The position numbers were made by a program, and so were the translations under genes. Positions 1 through 9,442 of a stretch of 64,000 nt of DNA are shown one piece after another. Under the pieces are notes generated by a model. The model had not been told where the DNA came from, ran no database searches, and saw only the letters and a list, made by a program, of their open reading frames with translations. The DNA is from Promethearchaeota archaeon. GTDB taxonomy: Archaea; Asgardarchaeota; Lokiarchaeia; Sigyniarchaeales; SOKP01. Positions within the stretch are counted from its first letter, which is position 1. Each line of letters begins with the position of its first letter. Location of the stretch: contig JAEOUA010000006.1 in assembly GCA_016839555.1 (NCBI GenBank), positions 416,001-480,000 of the forward strand. Direction: 5' to 3'.

Positions 1-13
1 TCATCATTTCATT

Positions 14-400
14 TTAATAAATTACCGCTAGAGTTTGGCCCCCGATGTGCTTTTCTTCTGCCTCTTTCATAGTCATTATACCTTGATTGGTACTTAAAAT
101 AATGATACCTAATCCAGGTGCAGGAAGAAGTTCCCGTTCTAACGATTCATACTGTTCTAATCTATAATTTAATCGTAATAGCGCCTTACACTCATTAACT
201 CTTCCCAGTAAGGCAATTTTAAATTTTCCTTGCCTCCCATCATCATACCGTTCAAATTCCCCAATATACGCATATTGTTGTAATATTCGGAGGATACGTT
301 GAACCAATTTAGAGGCAGGATAAACGATCACCTCCTTATGACGTGCACTTTCAGCATTTTTTATCTGAACAAGGCAATTTGCCAGAGTGCGATTTCCCAT
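14..400 (-). CDS. rps8: 30S ribosomal protein uS8
   Basis: LANCLVQIKNAE...IGEFERYDDGRQGKF...GIIILSTNQGIMT, archaeal uS8; position in spc cluster. Confidence 0.97.
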   Translation of the reverse strand: MGNRTLANCLVQIKNAESARHKEVIVYPASKLVQRILRILQQYAYIGEFERYDDGRQGKFKIALLGRVNECKALLRLNYRLEQYESLERELLPAPGLGIIILSTNQGIMTMKEAEEKHIGGQTLAVIY

Positions 401-443
401 TCAAATCATCTCAGTTTTTCTTATTTTTTTGATTTTTTTATCT

Positions 444-593
444 CTAACTATACCGCTTAAATCCTATTTCACTAGCGATTTCATAGAAGCATCTTCGGCA
501 TATGTTTATCCCATATCTTCGAATGATGCCTTGATGAGAACCACATCGCCTACATACCCGCTGACCTTTTCCTTGTTTACCTCCTTGCGGCAT
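444..593 (-). CDS. rps14: 30S ribosomal protein uS14 (Zn-binding type); not in ORF track
   Basis: Manual translation MPQGGKQGKGQRVCRRCGSHQGIIRRYGINICRRCFYEIASEIGFKRYS*, two CxxC pairs, lies between rpl5 and rps8. Confidence 0.96.
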   Translation of the reverse strand: MPQGGKQGKGQRVCRRCGSHQGIIRRYGINICRRCFYEIASEIGFKRYS

Positions 594-632
594 TTTTAAA
601 TCTTCTCAGTTTATTTTTTATTATTAGTTTTC

Positions 633-1220
633 TTAATATTCCCTTTCAATCTTTTCAACTACTTGTAAATTAAAGAATTTTTGTAAAAAGTATTGTGTTT
701 CTTCCCGAGAAACGTAATGTTCTCTTGGAATTTTTGCTTTATGGGCCTTTCTATATCTTACACGCATACCTGGTCGGACTACGCGTCCCATTACATCGAG
801 TCCCCATATCCCGACAAGATTATCATATTCCACGCCTGGAATAGAAATATGCTCTTTAATACCAAAACCAAAATTACCGTAATCATCAAAACTGCTTCTC
901 TTTATTCGATTATTATTAATAATCAATAATCTTTTAAAAAGTTCTACTGCCTCTTCATTTCTAACTGTAACTTTCACTCCAATAGGTCTTCCTTTTCTTA
1001 AATTGAATTCTTTTATATTTTTCCGAGAAAGTGTTTTTTTCGGCGTCCTCCCTGTAATAGTTTCTAATACCGTAGCAGCACGTTCCAGTTCCTCACCACC
1101 GCTACCAACTCCTATATTTAACACCACCTTTTCTAAATATGGTTTTCTCATAGGATTATTCCACTTTTTGTCATAATCATTTAATTCTGGTTGTTTCTTT
1201 TTTTTTGTTTTTGAGGACAT
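633..1220 (-). CDS. rpl5: 50S ribosomal protein uL5
   Basis: NPMRKPYLEKVVLNIGVG, FNLRKGRPIGVKVTVR, GNFGFGIKEHISIPG. Confidence 0.97.
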   Translation of the reverse strand: MSSKTKKKKQPELNDYDKKWNNPMRKPYLEKVVLNIGVGSGGEELERAATVLETITGRTPKKTLSRKNIKEFNLRKGRPIGVKVTVRNEEAVELFKRLLIINNNRIKRSSFDDYGNFGFGIKEHISIPGVEYDNLVGIWGLDVMGRVVRPGMRVRYRKAHKAKIPREHYVSREETQYFLQKFFNLQVVEKIEREY

Positions 1221-1244
1221 TTATTATATTCCCTTTTTTTGGTT

Positions 1245-2003
1245 TTAATCATTAATTCTTTGTGGTAAATCAATTTCTGGTTGATCTTCACCCACAACAA
1301 AAGTGTAATCATACAGAGTTTCTGTATGTGTACCATCTCTCTCAATTGAAACGAGAGAAGCTTTTGGTCCAAATCGTTTTTCTATTTTCGTAATTTTCCC
1401 CAATATTCCGATATTTTTACCGGCCATAATTAAGGCTAAATTATTTTCTTTAAATTCAAGTTTTTTTAGGATATCTTGATCGGGTAGGGAAATTTTTAAT
1501 ACATCCATACACTTATACATATCTTCTTCCGGTTCTTTAGGATCTTTTACATGAATTAAGATATTTCTTCCATCATGAAGGTTTAATTGAATATTCCCCC
1601 CTTTTACCGTAGTTTTATGATCTATTCGACAAAGTTTAGTCAGACTCTCCTCTTCTGGAATCTTGTGTAATATTAATCCATAATGAGAATCCGGAACGAT
1701 TCGATAATGGGTGTTTGTCTCATCAATAGATAAGACATCCATTAGTCCAACCGGAAATCTTCCCTCTGTTACTTTTTTTCTGTCGATCTTAAAATAACCT
1801 AAACCAATAAGTTTCTTCGCTTCTCTATGATTATCTACTATTTCTAAAAGATCTCTTACAATATGAAGCAATGGTAAGCAAAACCGTTTTGGATGAGGCC
1901 CAGGTAATGGATTTACAAGAAATTTTCCGTGCTTTCGCTCGATTTGAAGATATTTGGGGGTATTTAGCCTTTTTAAGTGCTTAGATCCGCCATGACGAGT
2001 CAT
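1245..2003 (-). CDS. rps4e: 30S ribosomal protein eS4
   Basis: KHLKRLNTP, PGPH, FPVGLMDV, GGNIQLNLHDGRNIL motifs. Confidence 0.97.
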   Translation of the reverse strand: MTRHGGSKHLKRLNTPKYLQIERKHGKFLVNPLPGPHPKRFCLPLLHIVRDLLEIVDNHREAKKLIGLGYFKIDRKKVTEGRFPVGLMDVLSIDETNTHYRIVPDSHYGLILHKIPEEESLTKLCRIDHKTTVKGGNIQLNLHDGRNILIHVKDPKEPEEDMYKCMDVLKISLPDQDILKKLEFKENNLALIMAGKNIGILGKITKIEKRFGPKASLVSIERDGTHTETLYDYTFVVGEDQPEIDLPQRIND

Positions 2004-2030
2004 TTTTTTAATTTCACCTTAATTTTATAA

Positions 2031-2453
2031 TTATTTTTTCGGTCCCTCTAGTGCTTCTTTCCATTTAAATCCGAAAACAGACTTTCTATCAATCATATGC
2101 GCACGCCAAGGGTCCATGTTCTTCTCTTCTTTAAATTTAGTTATAATTACATTTGAAACATGAATAGAAGGATTCCATTCAGTTCCATCAGCTTTTTCAA
2201 ACGCAGCTTCCTTAATTTTTACGCGAAGATTTTTAGTTATCTCGGTAATCTCCCCCTCAAACGCTTTAAATTCGCCTTTGACAATTCTCACATGGTCGCC
2301 AACTCTTACTGGAAGCGTTCTTACACCATAATCTTCTTGAAGAAAGTCAGCTAATCTTGCCCTTAAAAGCTTCGAGCGCTGATGATTTTTATAATTAAAA
2401 AGCGCTTTTCTTTGCTTCTTTGGTTTTTTTGAGGTTACTTTCAATTTGGACAC
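2031..2453 (-). CDS. rpl24: 50S ribosomal protein uL24
   Basis: SKKPKKQRK, YGVRTLPVRVGDHVRIVKG (KOW), IHVSNVII; GTG start. Confidence 0.96.
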   Translation of the reverse strand: MSKLKVTSKKPKKQRKALFNYKNHQRSKLLRARLADFLQEDYGVRTLPVRVGDHVRIVKGEFKAFEGEITEITKNLRVKIKEAAFEKADGTEWNPSIHVSNVIITKFKEEKNMDPWRAHMIDRKSVFGFKWKEALEGPKK

Positions 2454-2461
2454 TTGCGTAT

Positions 2462-2514
2462 GTTTATATTATTATTTCATTTTATAAACGGAATAGTGAA
2501 GAAAACCACATTCC
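2462..2514 (-). promoter_or_regulatory. Two adjacent hairpins in the putative 5' leader of rpl24
   Basis: GTTTATA(2462-2468)/TATAAAC(2483-2489) and GGAAT-A-GTG(2490-2498)/CAC-ATTCC(2507-2514), directly upstream of the GTG at 2453. Confidence 0.35.
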
Positions 2515-2750
2515 AATTTATTTTAAAGTTTTGTAAACACTATAATTAATATTACTATGTATCTAATTTAGTTTATAATTAAATTTTAATTTTATGGATA
2601 AAGATTGTAAAAAAGAGTTCTAAACGATAAACTTTATAAGGGAATATTTGAAAAATTGAGTTTATAAGATTTACTCTTTATTTTTTGTCGATAAAAGAGA
2701 AATCTTTAGAGGGGATATGAAGAACTACTAAAACCTTATTTTAATTTGGA

Positions 2751-3185
2751 TTAAATAATAAGTGAGCTAATGCTAGCTAATCGAGGAAAAGTTTCTGCCG
2801 CCTCTCGAGCTATAGGACCTCTAATTTCCGTCCCCTTGGGCTCTCCTTCTTTTGATACAATTACTCCTGCATTATCTTCGAAACAGAGGCGTGTTCCATC
2901 AATTCTTCTATAAATCCTACGCTGTCGAACGATTACGCATTTCAGGATGTTACCTCTCAGCTCGGGTTTTCCTTTCCTAATTGTGACCGTACAAATGTCC
3001 CCAACTGTAGCTGCGGGGAGTCTTCTCTGTCGTGTTTTTTTATGATCTACATTAATTATTTTTGCAATTTTGGCACCAGAGTTATCGGTAATAAATACTT
3101 TAGAACCGTTCATGAGACCGTAGCTAGTTTTTGGCTTAACGATCTTCTTTCTTCCCAATTTTCGTCTTGTTCCTATTTTAACCAC
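2751..3185 (-). CDS. rpl14: 50S ribosomal protein uL14
   Basis: DNSGAK, RRLPAATVGD, FEDNAGVI, GTEIRGPIAREAA. Confidence 0.97.
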   Translation of the reverse strand: MVKIGTRRKLGRKKIVKPKTSYGLMNGSKVFITDNSGAKIAKIINVDHKKTRQRRLPAATVGDICTVTIRKGKPELRGNILKCVIVRQRRIYRRIDGTRLCFEDNAGVIVSKEGEPKGTEIRGPIAREAAETFPRLASISSLII

Positions 3186-3531
3186 CTACTTTTTGGACCT
3201 TGTTTAATACTACAAATGCTTTTGTTTTGGATATTTTTCTGCTTTCTCCTACAATTACTGTATCTCCGACTTCAATCATATCTTCTAAACACGAAGGTAA
3301 ATGACACGCTAATCTTGAGTTTCTACGTTCATAGCGTTGATATTTTGGTACAAATTGTACATAATCAAATCTAATAATTACTGAATTATGAGACTTTTTG
3401 GAAACTACTAATCCTTTTGTGATTTTTCCTCTAATTCTGATAGTTCCGTGAAAGGGGCAGTTTGGATCATTACAGTCTTCTGCCTTTACATTGGGAGGAG
3501 TCACATTTGGAATACCAATATTTCTACTCAT
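3178..3531 (-). CDS. rps17: 30S ribosomal protein uS17
   Basis: CNDPNCPFHGTIRIRG, VPKYQRYERR, ISKTKAFVV. Confidence 0.97.
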   Translation of the reverse strand: MSRNIGIPNVTPPNVKAEDCNDPNCPFHGTIRIRGKITKGLVVSKKSHNSVIIRFDYVQFVPKYQRYERRNSRLACHLPSCLEDMIEVGDTVIVGESRKISKTKAFVVLNKVQKVGG

Positions 3532-3857
3532 TTTCTAAACCTTTTTTTCTTTTTCAAATGTCTTAATCGATTTTCAGGACGTCCAACAATTTTAGAACCA
3601 TCAACTTCTAACAGATGGGTTTTGGTATCCTGATTTATATTCGGAATTTTAATTCGAAATATGTAATTTTTTTTTATGAATTTTTTAATATTATTATTGA
3701 GAGTTTTTATATATAAGAGGTTTTCTGTATCGTTAATGATTATTCCGCTATATTTAAAGTTTTTGCTTTCTTTTTTTTTTGATTTTAGTTTCACATAAGC
3801 TTCAAAACCAATTAAATCATGATAGATTAAATATTTTGGATTTACATTAAGGTTCAT
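3528..3857 (-). CDS. rnp1: RNase P protein component 1 (Rpp29/Pop4)
   Basis: HDLIG, GIIINDTENLL, VDGSKIVGRPENRL; canonical position before rps17. Confidence 0.9.
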   Translation of the reverse strand: MNLNVNPKYLIYHDLIGFEAYVKLKSKKKESKNFKYSGIIINDTENLLYIKTLNNNIKKFIKKNYIFRIKIPNINQDTKTHLLEVDGSKIVGRPENRLRHLKKKKRFRK

Positions 3858-4065
3858 TTTTTAATTTTTCTTGTTTTTCCTCATTAATAACTGTCAAGAT
3901 CCTCGCGATTTGCTTTCGCAACATTTTTGCTTTGGCGGGATTATCTGAAACACCTCCGCCGGTTTGAGTGCTATATAACATCATCAACTCTTCCCGCAAA
4001 TCTACTAATGCTCTTCTTTTTTCTCGATAATCCATTTTTCTGATTTCTGATGTTTTTAGAACCAT
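3847..4065 (-). CDS. rpl29: 50S ribosomal protein uL29
   Basis: EIRKM...LREEL...DNPAKAKMLRKQIARILTV. Confidence 0.95.
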   Translation of the reverse strand: MVLKTSEIRKMDYREKRRALVDLREELMMLYSTQTGGGVSDNPAKAKMLRKQIARILTVINEEKQEKLKNEP

Positions 4066-4101
4066 TTTAAATCATTCTATCAGTAATATAATTAATAATT
4101 A

Positions 4102-4929
4102 TTATGGTTTTTTTTTATTTTTTATTTCTTCTTCCATATCTTCATTCTCTTCGGGAGATTCAATTGAAACTTCTGAAATATCCTCTTCATCAACTTCATC
4201 CAGTAATTCTTGATCTTCTAAACTCAGTTCTTCTTCAATCTCCTCCACTAAATATTCACCAGCCCTTAGTTTTTCCGCTTTTGTTTTTGGTTTCTTAGCT
4301 TCAATTTCTTGTTGCTTTTTCTTTAGTAATTCCTCTTTAATTTTTACTTCATCACCAGTATCATAATCGGCATTGAAAATCTTTACAATAATCCCTAATG
4401 TTCCTGATTTTTGAATACATTGTGCAACACCTTTATCTACAGCAATTTGAGCTGGATAACCACTTTTTTTCATTGTTCCCGACCGAAATATTTGCGTTCG
4501 GGCTCTTTGAGAAGTTACTTTTCCAGAGATTCTGATTTCTACTCCTTTCGCACCCGCATCTATTATTCTGCGAAGGATATAATATCCTGCCCTTCTATAA
4601 TGTCTTCCTCTGTCTAATGAATATGCTAATCGTTCAGCCATGATTTGCGCATCTAAACTGGGATTTTCGATTTCTTCGACCTCAATCTGGGGTCGTTCAA
4701 GGTTAAATTTATTTTCAAGCGTTTCCGTTATTTCTTGAATACGTTTCCCCCCCTTTCCTATAACTAAACCCGGGCGGGAGGTTTTTAACGTAATACGTAC
4801 TCCAAGAGGTGTTTTCTGGAAGTCGATACCGGAAAATCCTGCTCTTACAAGTTCAGAACGCAGATACTCATTTATTTGCATTAATTTTATACCTTGCTCG
4901 ATAAAATGTTTGGCGAGGGGCATTAGCAT
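4102..4929 (-). CDS. rps3: 30S ribosomal protein uS3 with acidic C-terminal tail
   Basis: RPGLVIGKGGKRI KH domain, GAKGVEIRISGK. Confidence 0.97.
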   Translation of the reverse strand: MLMPLAKHFIEQGIKLMQINEYLRSELVRAGFSGIDFQKTPLGVRITLKTSRPGLVIGKGGKRIQEITETLENKFNLERPQIEVEEIENPSLDAQIMAERLAYSLDRGRHYRRAGYYILRRIIDAGAKGVEIRISGKVTSQRARTQIFRSGTMKKSGYPAQIAVDKGVAQCIQKSGTLGIIVKIFNADYDTGDEVKIKEELLKKKQQEIEAKKPKTKAEKLRAGEYLVEEIEEELSLEDQELLDEVDEEDISEVSIESPEENEDMEEEIKNKKKP

Positions 4930-4994
4930 TCACCGATTTTTTTTATACTCATTTTAATAAATCTTTTTGATAAATTTTTAATTTTATTTTTGGA

Positions 4995-5474
4995 TTAAGA
5001 AGGAAATTCATACACTACTATTTCTACATGAGAAAGATGCTTGTAACTTGCAGTAGACCGACCATAAGCGCGCTCTATATATCTTTTTATTATTCTTCCT
5101 CGTTGCGTTGCGGCATGAATTATGCGACAGTAATCTATATCCAAACCTTTAAATTCTGCATTTGATTCTACTTGAGTCAAGATTTCATAAATTCTTGCAG
5201 CTGCTTTTTTGGGATATCTTCCCGCATACCAATTGAATTTTTTTAAGTCTTTTTTATGAGCGACCTTTTTTTTATGGCGTCGAAATGGCACCGATTGCTT
5301 TAATCGAATTACTTTTTCTAAAAATGTTTTTGCTTCATCGATATACATTCCTTTAATAACATCGCATATTTCTCTTGCATGTTTTGGCTTAATACGTAAA
5401 TCTCTTCCGCTAGCTTTTGCTAATCGTTCTGAATCATATTTCTCTTCTGCAAAAGAGTATCCCCAGTTTGGCAT
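4995..5474 (-). CDS. rpl22: 50S ribosomal protein uL22
   Basis: VPFRRHKKKVAHK, GRYPKKAA, RAYGRS. Confidence 0.97.
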   Translation of the reverse strand: MPNWGYSFAEEKYDSERLAKASGRDLRIKPKHAREICDVIKGMYIDEAKTFLEKVIRLKQSVPFRRHKKKVAHKKDLKKFNWYAGRYPKKAAARIYEILTQVESNAEFKGLDIDYCRIIHAATQRGRIIKRYIERAYGRSTASYKHLSHVEIVVYEFPS

Positions 5475-5513
5475 TGATTTAATCCACTTTTATTTTTTAT
5501 TATTAATAATTGA

Positions 5514-6038
5514 TTATTTTAACGGAACATATTTAGAACTTCGAGTAGCTCCAATTCCAGGAGTACCATGTTCTACTCTCTTCCTGGTGGGTGAAAATTC
5601 TCCTAAAAAATGTCCTATCATATCAGGTTTAATTTCTACTACATTATAATCAAGTCCATTGTAAACACCAATCGTAAGGCCCACCATTTCGGGAAAGACT
5701 AACATATCTCTGACGTGGGTTCGAGTAAGTAAATCCTTTCCATGCTTTTTGGCGCGATAGGCTCTTCTTAATCGTTCAAGAAGCTTTTTCTGTCTGGGTG
5801 GGAGTCCTCGCTTTAGAGAGCGTCTTGCTCTTGCTGGCAATAATTGTATAAAGGTATCCATATTCATTTTCTTTAATTCTTCTAAGGTATATCCACGATA
5901 ATGAAATTTTAATCTCTCTAGTTCCTTTTCGGCATCCAGATCCTCTTTTTCTGAGGGTTCCTTTCCCTCCGGTTCTTCTTCAAGGTCTTCTTCGGAATCC
6001 TCTAGTTCCTCTTCGTTAATCTCTTCATCTGGAGTCAT
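5514..6038 (-). CDS. rps19: 30S ribosomal protein uS19 with acidic N-terminal extension
   Basis: [46 protein letters not shown]. Confidence 0.97.
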   Translation of the reverse strand: MTPDEEINEEELEDSEEDLEEEPEGKEPSEKEDLDAEKELERLKFHYRGYTLEELKKMNMDTFIQLLPARARRSLKRGLPPRQKKLLERLRRAYRAKKHGKDLLTRTHVRDMLVFPEMVGLTIGVYNGLDYNVVEIKPDMIGHFLGEFSPTRKRVEHGTPGIGATRSSKYVPLK

Positions 6039-6245
6039 TTTCTCATCAAATTGTGTTATCTCAATAAAGATCGTTCCATTAATTGTTTGTTAAATATAAT
6101 AATCTGTGTATTAATAATTCAATTAAATTTTTTAATTTAATTGATTTTGATAAAAAAAGAACTTCTAGAATGTTTAAAATCATAAAATTTTTATAGTATT
6201 ATTAAATCCTTTTTTATTTTCCCAATTAAACATTTTTAAATGGTT

Positions 6246-6920
6246 CTAGTGATAATGATTTGGATTAAATACCCTTGTAATATCTTCCTCATCAAAATGT
6301 CCGCTCCAACGCTCCTTAATCACGACAAATTTTTCTTTTTGAGTATTTGCATTTATAATTGAATGGTAGCTGCCAACCGGATTTTTAATATGAGTTCCGG
6401 ATTCAACAAAATAATAGACTCGATGACCAGTCAAAACGATGGGTTTTCCTTTTAGTATTTCCCAGTATTCGCTGCGCTCTCTATGAATTTGGAAGGAAAT
6501 CCCCATCTCAGGTTTAATAAAAATGAGATTATATTCTGGATACGTGAATTTAATACTGTACCATTTGGATAAAATATCAATATATCCATCTGGAACCTCA
6601 TGAGATTTTTTGAATTCAATTGGATCTATTTTGATTTTTTGAGCCTTTTCGTATTTGTATGGATTATAAATAATTTGATGCTGAGAAACATCCAGATTAT
6701 ATTTGATATGGATTTCTTTATCAGATCTATTAATTATCATATAATATCCATTAGGAGGAATTATTAAATCTTGCGAGCTAATATCCTCTGTGAAAAATAT
6801 ATTACCATTAATTAAAAAAATATCCTTTAAATACTTCACCTTAATGTCGATAAGTAATAATTTTGAATCATTTTTCCGCAATAAAGTCCCTCTATTTGAT
6901 CCTAATTTTTCACTATACAT
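6246..6920 (-). CDS. Cupin protein, C-terminal domain resembles type II mannose-6-phosphate isomerase
   Basis: SFQIHRERSEYWEILKG...GSYHSIIN...SGHFDEEDITR resembles the PMI-II cupin pattern. Confidence 0.65.
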   Translation of the reverse strand: MYSEKLGSNRGTLLRKNDSKLLLIDIKVKYLKDIFLINGNIFFTEDISSQDLIIPPNGYYMIINRSDKEIHIKYNLDVSQHQIIYNPYKYEKAQKIKIDPIEFKKSHEVPDGYIDILSKWYSIKFTYPEYNLIFIKPEMGISFQIHRERSEYWEILKGKPIVLTGHRVYYFVESGTHIKNPVGSYHSIINANTQKEKFVVIKERWSGHFDEEDITRVFNPNHYH

Positions 6921-6949
6921 CTTTCACTTATTTCCTCTAAAAAAGATTC

Positions 6950-7960
6950 TTATTTCATCTTATTATACTCTTTTACGCGATTTATAATTTCCTCTTGATA
7001 GGGAATTGAGCTTTGAGCGCCCTCTCGGGTCACCGCAATCGATGCGGCACACGTTGCAAATTTTACAGCTTCTCTTATATCTTTTCCCTTACATAATTGG
7101 CTTGCGAGTACCCCATTGAAACAATCACCTGCTCCCACCGTATCAACTGCCTTAACTTTAAAAGCAGGCATCTTGGTTGCTACATTTTCTTTTCCATCAT
7201 ATATAATACAACCATCAGGACCTATTGTAGTAATAATATTATGAATTCCTAATTCAGAAATGTTTTTTGAGATAGCAATAATCTTTTGGATTAAATTTGC
7301 TCTTTTTTCGAAGTTTTCCTCAAATCCTAAGAGTGAATGCAATCTGAAGAGTTCTCCTTCATTTGGCACGAGGATATCAATATTTTTCAATAGTTCCTTG
7401 GGTATTGCTTTTAATGGAGCAGGATTAAGGATTTTTATACATTCTCCTTCTGATGCAATTGAATAAATTTGTTGGATTGTTTCAATTGGGATTTCCATTT
7501 GTACTATTAAAGATTTCGCATTCCGTATAATATCTCCTTTATTTCGTATTTCTTCTGGGCTTAATAAAAAATTAGCGCCAGGTGCTACACTTATCATATT
7601 CTCTCCATTCTCATCGATCATTATAAATGCAACTCCACTATGCTCTTCTGGATCTCTTATAATATTTGTAGTATCAATCTCTTCCTTTTGTAGTTGTTCC
7701 AGCATTTGGTCTCCAAAAGCGTCTTTCCCAATTTTTCCAATAAAAATCGTAGTGCTTCCATCTCTCGCTGACGCAACAGCTTGATTAGCTCCTTTTCCTC
7801 CAAACGATTGTCTGAAAATGCCACCAGTCACCGTTTCTCCTGGTTTTGGAAGTCGCTTAGAATAAATATTCAAATCCATATTACAGGAACCAATTATCAA
7901 GACATACTCGTTTTTAGTATTATTCATATTACTTAAAGATAACCTAATTATAATATTCAA
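6950..7960 (-). CDS. rbsK: Ribokinase (PfkB family); true start probably the ATG at 7927
   Basis: GSCNMDL, GGKGANQAVA, NPAP, VDTVGAGDCFNG. Confidence 0.92.
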   Translation of the reverse strand: MNIIIRLSLSNMNNTKNEYVLIIGSCNMDLNIYSKRLPKPGETVTGGIFRQSFGGKGANQAVASARDGSTTIFIGKIGKDAFGDQMLEQLQKEEIDTTNIIRDPEEHSGVAFIMIDENGENMISVAPGANFLLSPEEIRNKGDIIRNAKSLIVQMEIPIETIQQIYSIASEGECIKILNPAPLKAIPKELLKNIDILVPNEGELFRLHSLLGFEENFEKRANLIQKIIAISKNISELGIHNIITTIGPDGCIIYDGKENVATKMPAFKVKAVDTVGAGDCFNGVLASQLCKGKDIREAVKFATCAASIAVTREGAQSSIPYQEEIINRVKEYNKMK

Positions 7961-8151
7961 AATGGCTGTTTTTTATACAATTCTCTATTGATTGAAAAAT
8001 GATCTCTTATTTTTAATTAATTGATATAAAAATCTTAAACCTTCAATAATTCAAATGGTTTTTATTTTATTTGATTTTATAATATAACATATATATTAAA
8101 CTAAATAATTTAGTATCTAAAAAAAAATTAAATAAAAAAAGGTAATAACAA

Positions 8152-8493
8152 ATGGGCGTAAGTAAAGATAAGATTATCGGAGCAATAGTCATTATATTAG
8201 GCATACTCATTGCTGTCATCTATACCCTTGGATCTATTGTCGACTTAATTTGGGAAGAGGTAGATCCCTTTTCACATGGCGTCGATTTAACCTCCTCATG
8301 GCTGAGCGAGATTGATTTATTTAACTGGAGATACTTTGTTGTTGGTCCAATGTGGTTAGTCGTCATGCTTATCGCTATCATCGCAATTTGGATCGGATAT
8401 AGTATGCTCACAACACCTGCTCCAGTTCCGCTTGAAGAACTTGAAGAAGAGCTTGCAGCAGAAGAGGAAGAAATCGCTAAAGAAGATGAATAG
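8152..8493 (+). CDS. Two-TM membrane protein, DPM2-like, acidic tail
   Basis: DKIIGAIVIILGILIAVIYT and P...IAIWIGYSMLTT resemble DPM2 helices; AGGT SD-like motif upstream. Confidence 0.6.
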   Translation: MGVSKDKIIGAIVIILGILIAVIYTLGSIVDLIWEEVDPFSHGVDLTSSWLSEIDLFNWRYFVVGPMWLVVMLIAIIAIWIGYSMLTTPAPVPLEELEEELAAEEEEIAKEDE

Positions 8494-8740
8494 TAAGTCC
8501 TAATCTATTTTATTTTTTTCTTATTTCTTATTTTCTTTTTTAAACTCTTTGTTTTTTTTTAGAAATATTAAATGTAATGATTTATTGTTTAAGACTCTTA
8601 AAGCCTATTTGAATACTAGACTTACTCCTCTGAATCAAGAAGTTTTTATTATATTATTATTTTTTCTAAATATAATTGAAAATTTAATTCTAATTGCTTT
8701 CAATAAAGCTTTAAATAAATATTAAGGAGAAAAATAGAAA

Positions 8741-8938
8741 ATGAGTTTCGAAATTGAAATCGACATGGATGCTTGCACGGGATGCGGTACATGCTATGAG
8801 GTCTGCCCATCAGAGTGTTTTGGCGAACCAGAAGGTGGAAAAGTTAATGTGATCGAGGATATGAGAGATGAATGCGTTGGATGCCGTGCATGCGAAACGC
8901 AGTGCCCAGAAGAGGCAATTACAATTACAGAAGTCTAA
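8741..8938 (+). CDS. 2x[4Fe-4S] ferredoxin
   Basis: CTGCGTCYEVCP and CVGCRACETQCP; AAGGAG upstream. Confidence 0.95.
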   Translation: MSFEIEIDMDACTGCGTCYEVCPSECFGEPEGGKVNVIEDMRDECVGCRACETQCPEEAITITEV

Positions 8939-9123
8939 AACAAATGTACTAGAATTTTTTATTCTTTTTTTTTCTTTTTTAACTATTTTCTTTTTCTATT
9001 TATATTTTCAATATATAAATTCAAGTTTCATAAATCCCAGAGAATTTCTGGTGCTCGATAATGAAAAAAAGAAATGAGATTAACAAAAATTTTAAATAAT
9101 AAGAAATTATAAGAAGTAGATAT

Positions 9124-9247
9124 AAAAAAAAATAATGATGATTAATTTTCAGTGGGTGGTAATTAATCCTTAACTATTTTTTCTTGTTTTAGTTAATTTA
9201 TCACCTTTGATTAGGTAATTAAAATTCTGGTCCAAAAAATTGGACAC
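9124..9247 (-). ncRNA. Candidate structured small RNA (four consecutive hairpins)
   Basis: Four back-to-back stems at 9140-9245, TTTATATA at 9277-9270 upstream on minus strand, U-run at 9132-9124; located between convergent genes. Confidence 0.35.
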
Positions 9248-9442
9248 AATAATAAAATGGTTTATTAATTATATAAATGTTTTGTTTATCAAATATGTTC
9301 AGTATTACTAGGAGATTTCTAAAATTTGTTTATTTTTTCAAAAAAATTTTAAAATATCATTAAACTTTTTTTAGAAAAGTAAACAAACTTCATAATATAA
9401 AAAATTTATTGAACACAATCGAGAAAAAAAACAGAATTTTCA

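Noticed and set aside
387-599. 70-aa plus-strand ORF
   Set aside because: Antisense shadow of the real rps14 (444-593, minus).
8868-9077. 69-aa ORF overlapping ferredoxin
   Set aside because: Out-of-frame overlap running through the T-rich terminator region.
9134-9230. ATGATGA as a C box (C/D guide RNA) or a SECIS element
   Set aside because: No CTGA D box at a suitable distance on the plus strand, no long SECIS-like stem, and no in-frame UGA in the flanking genes.
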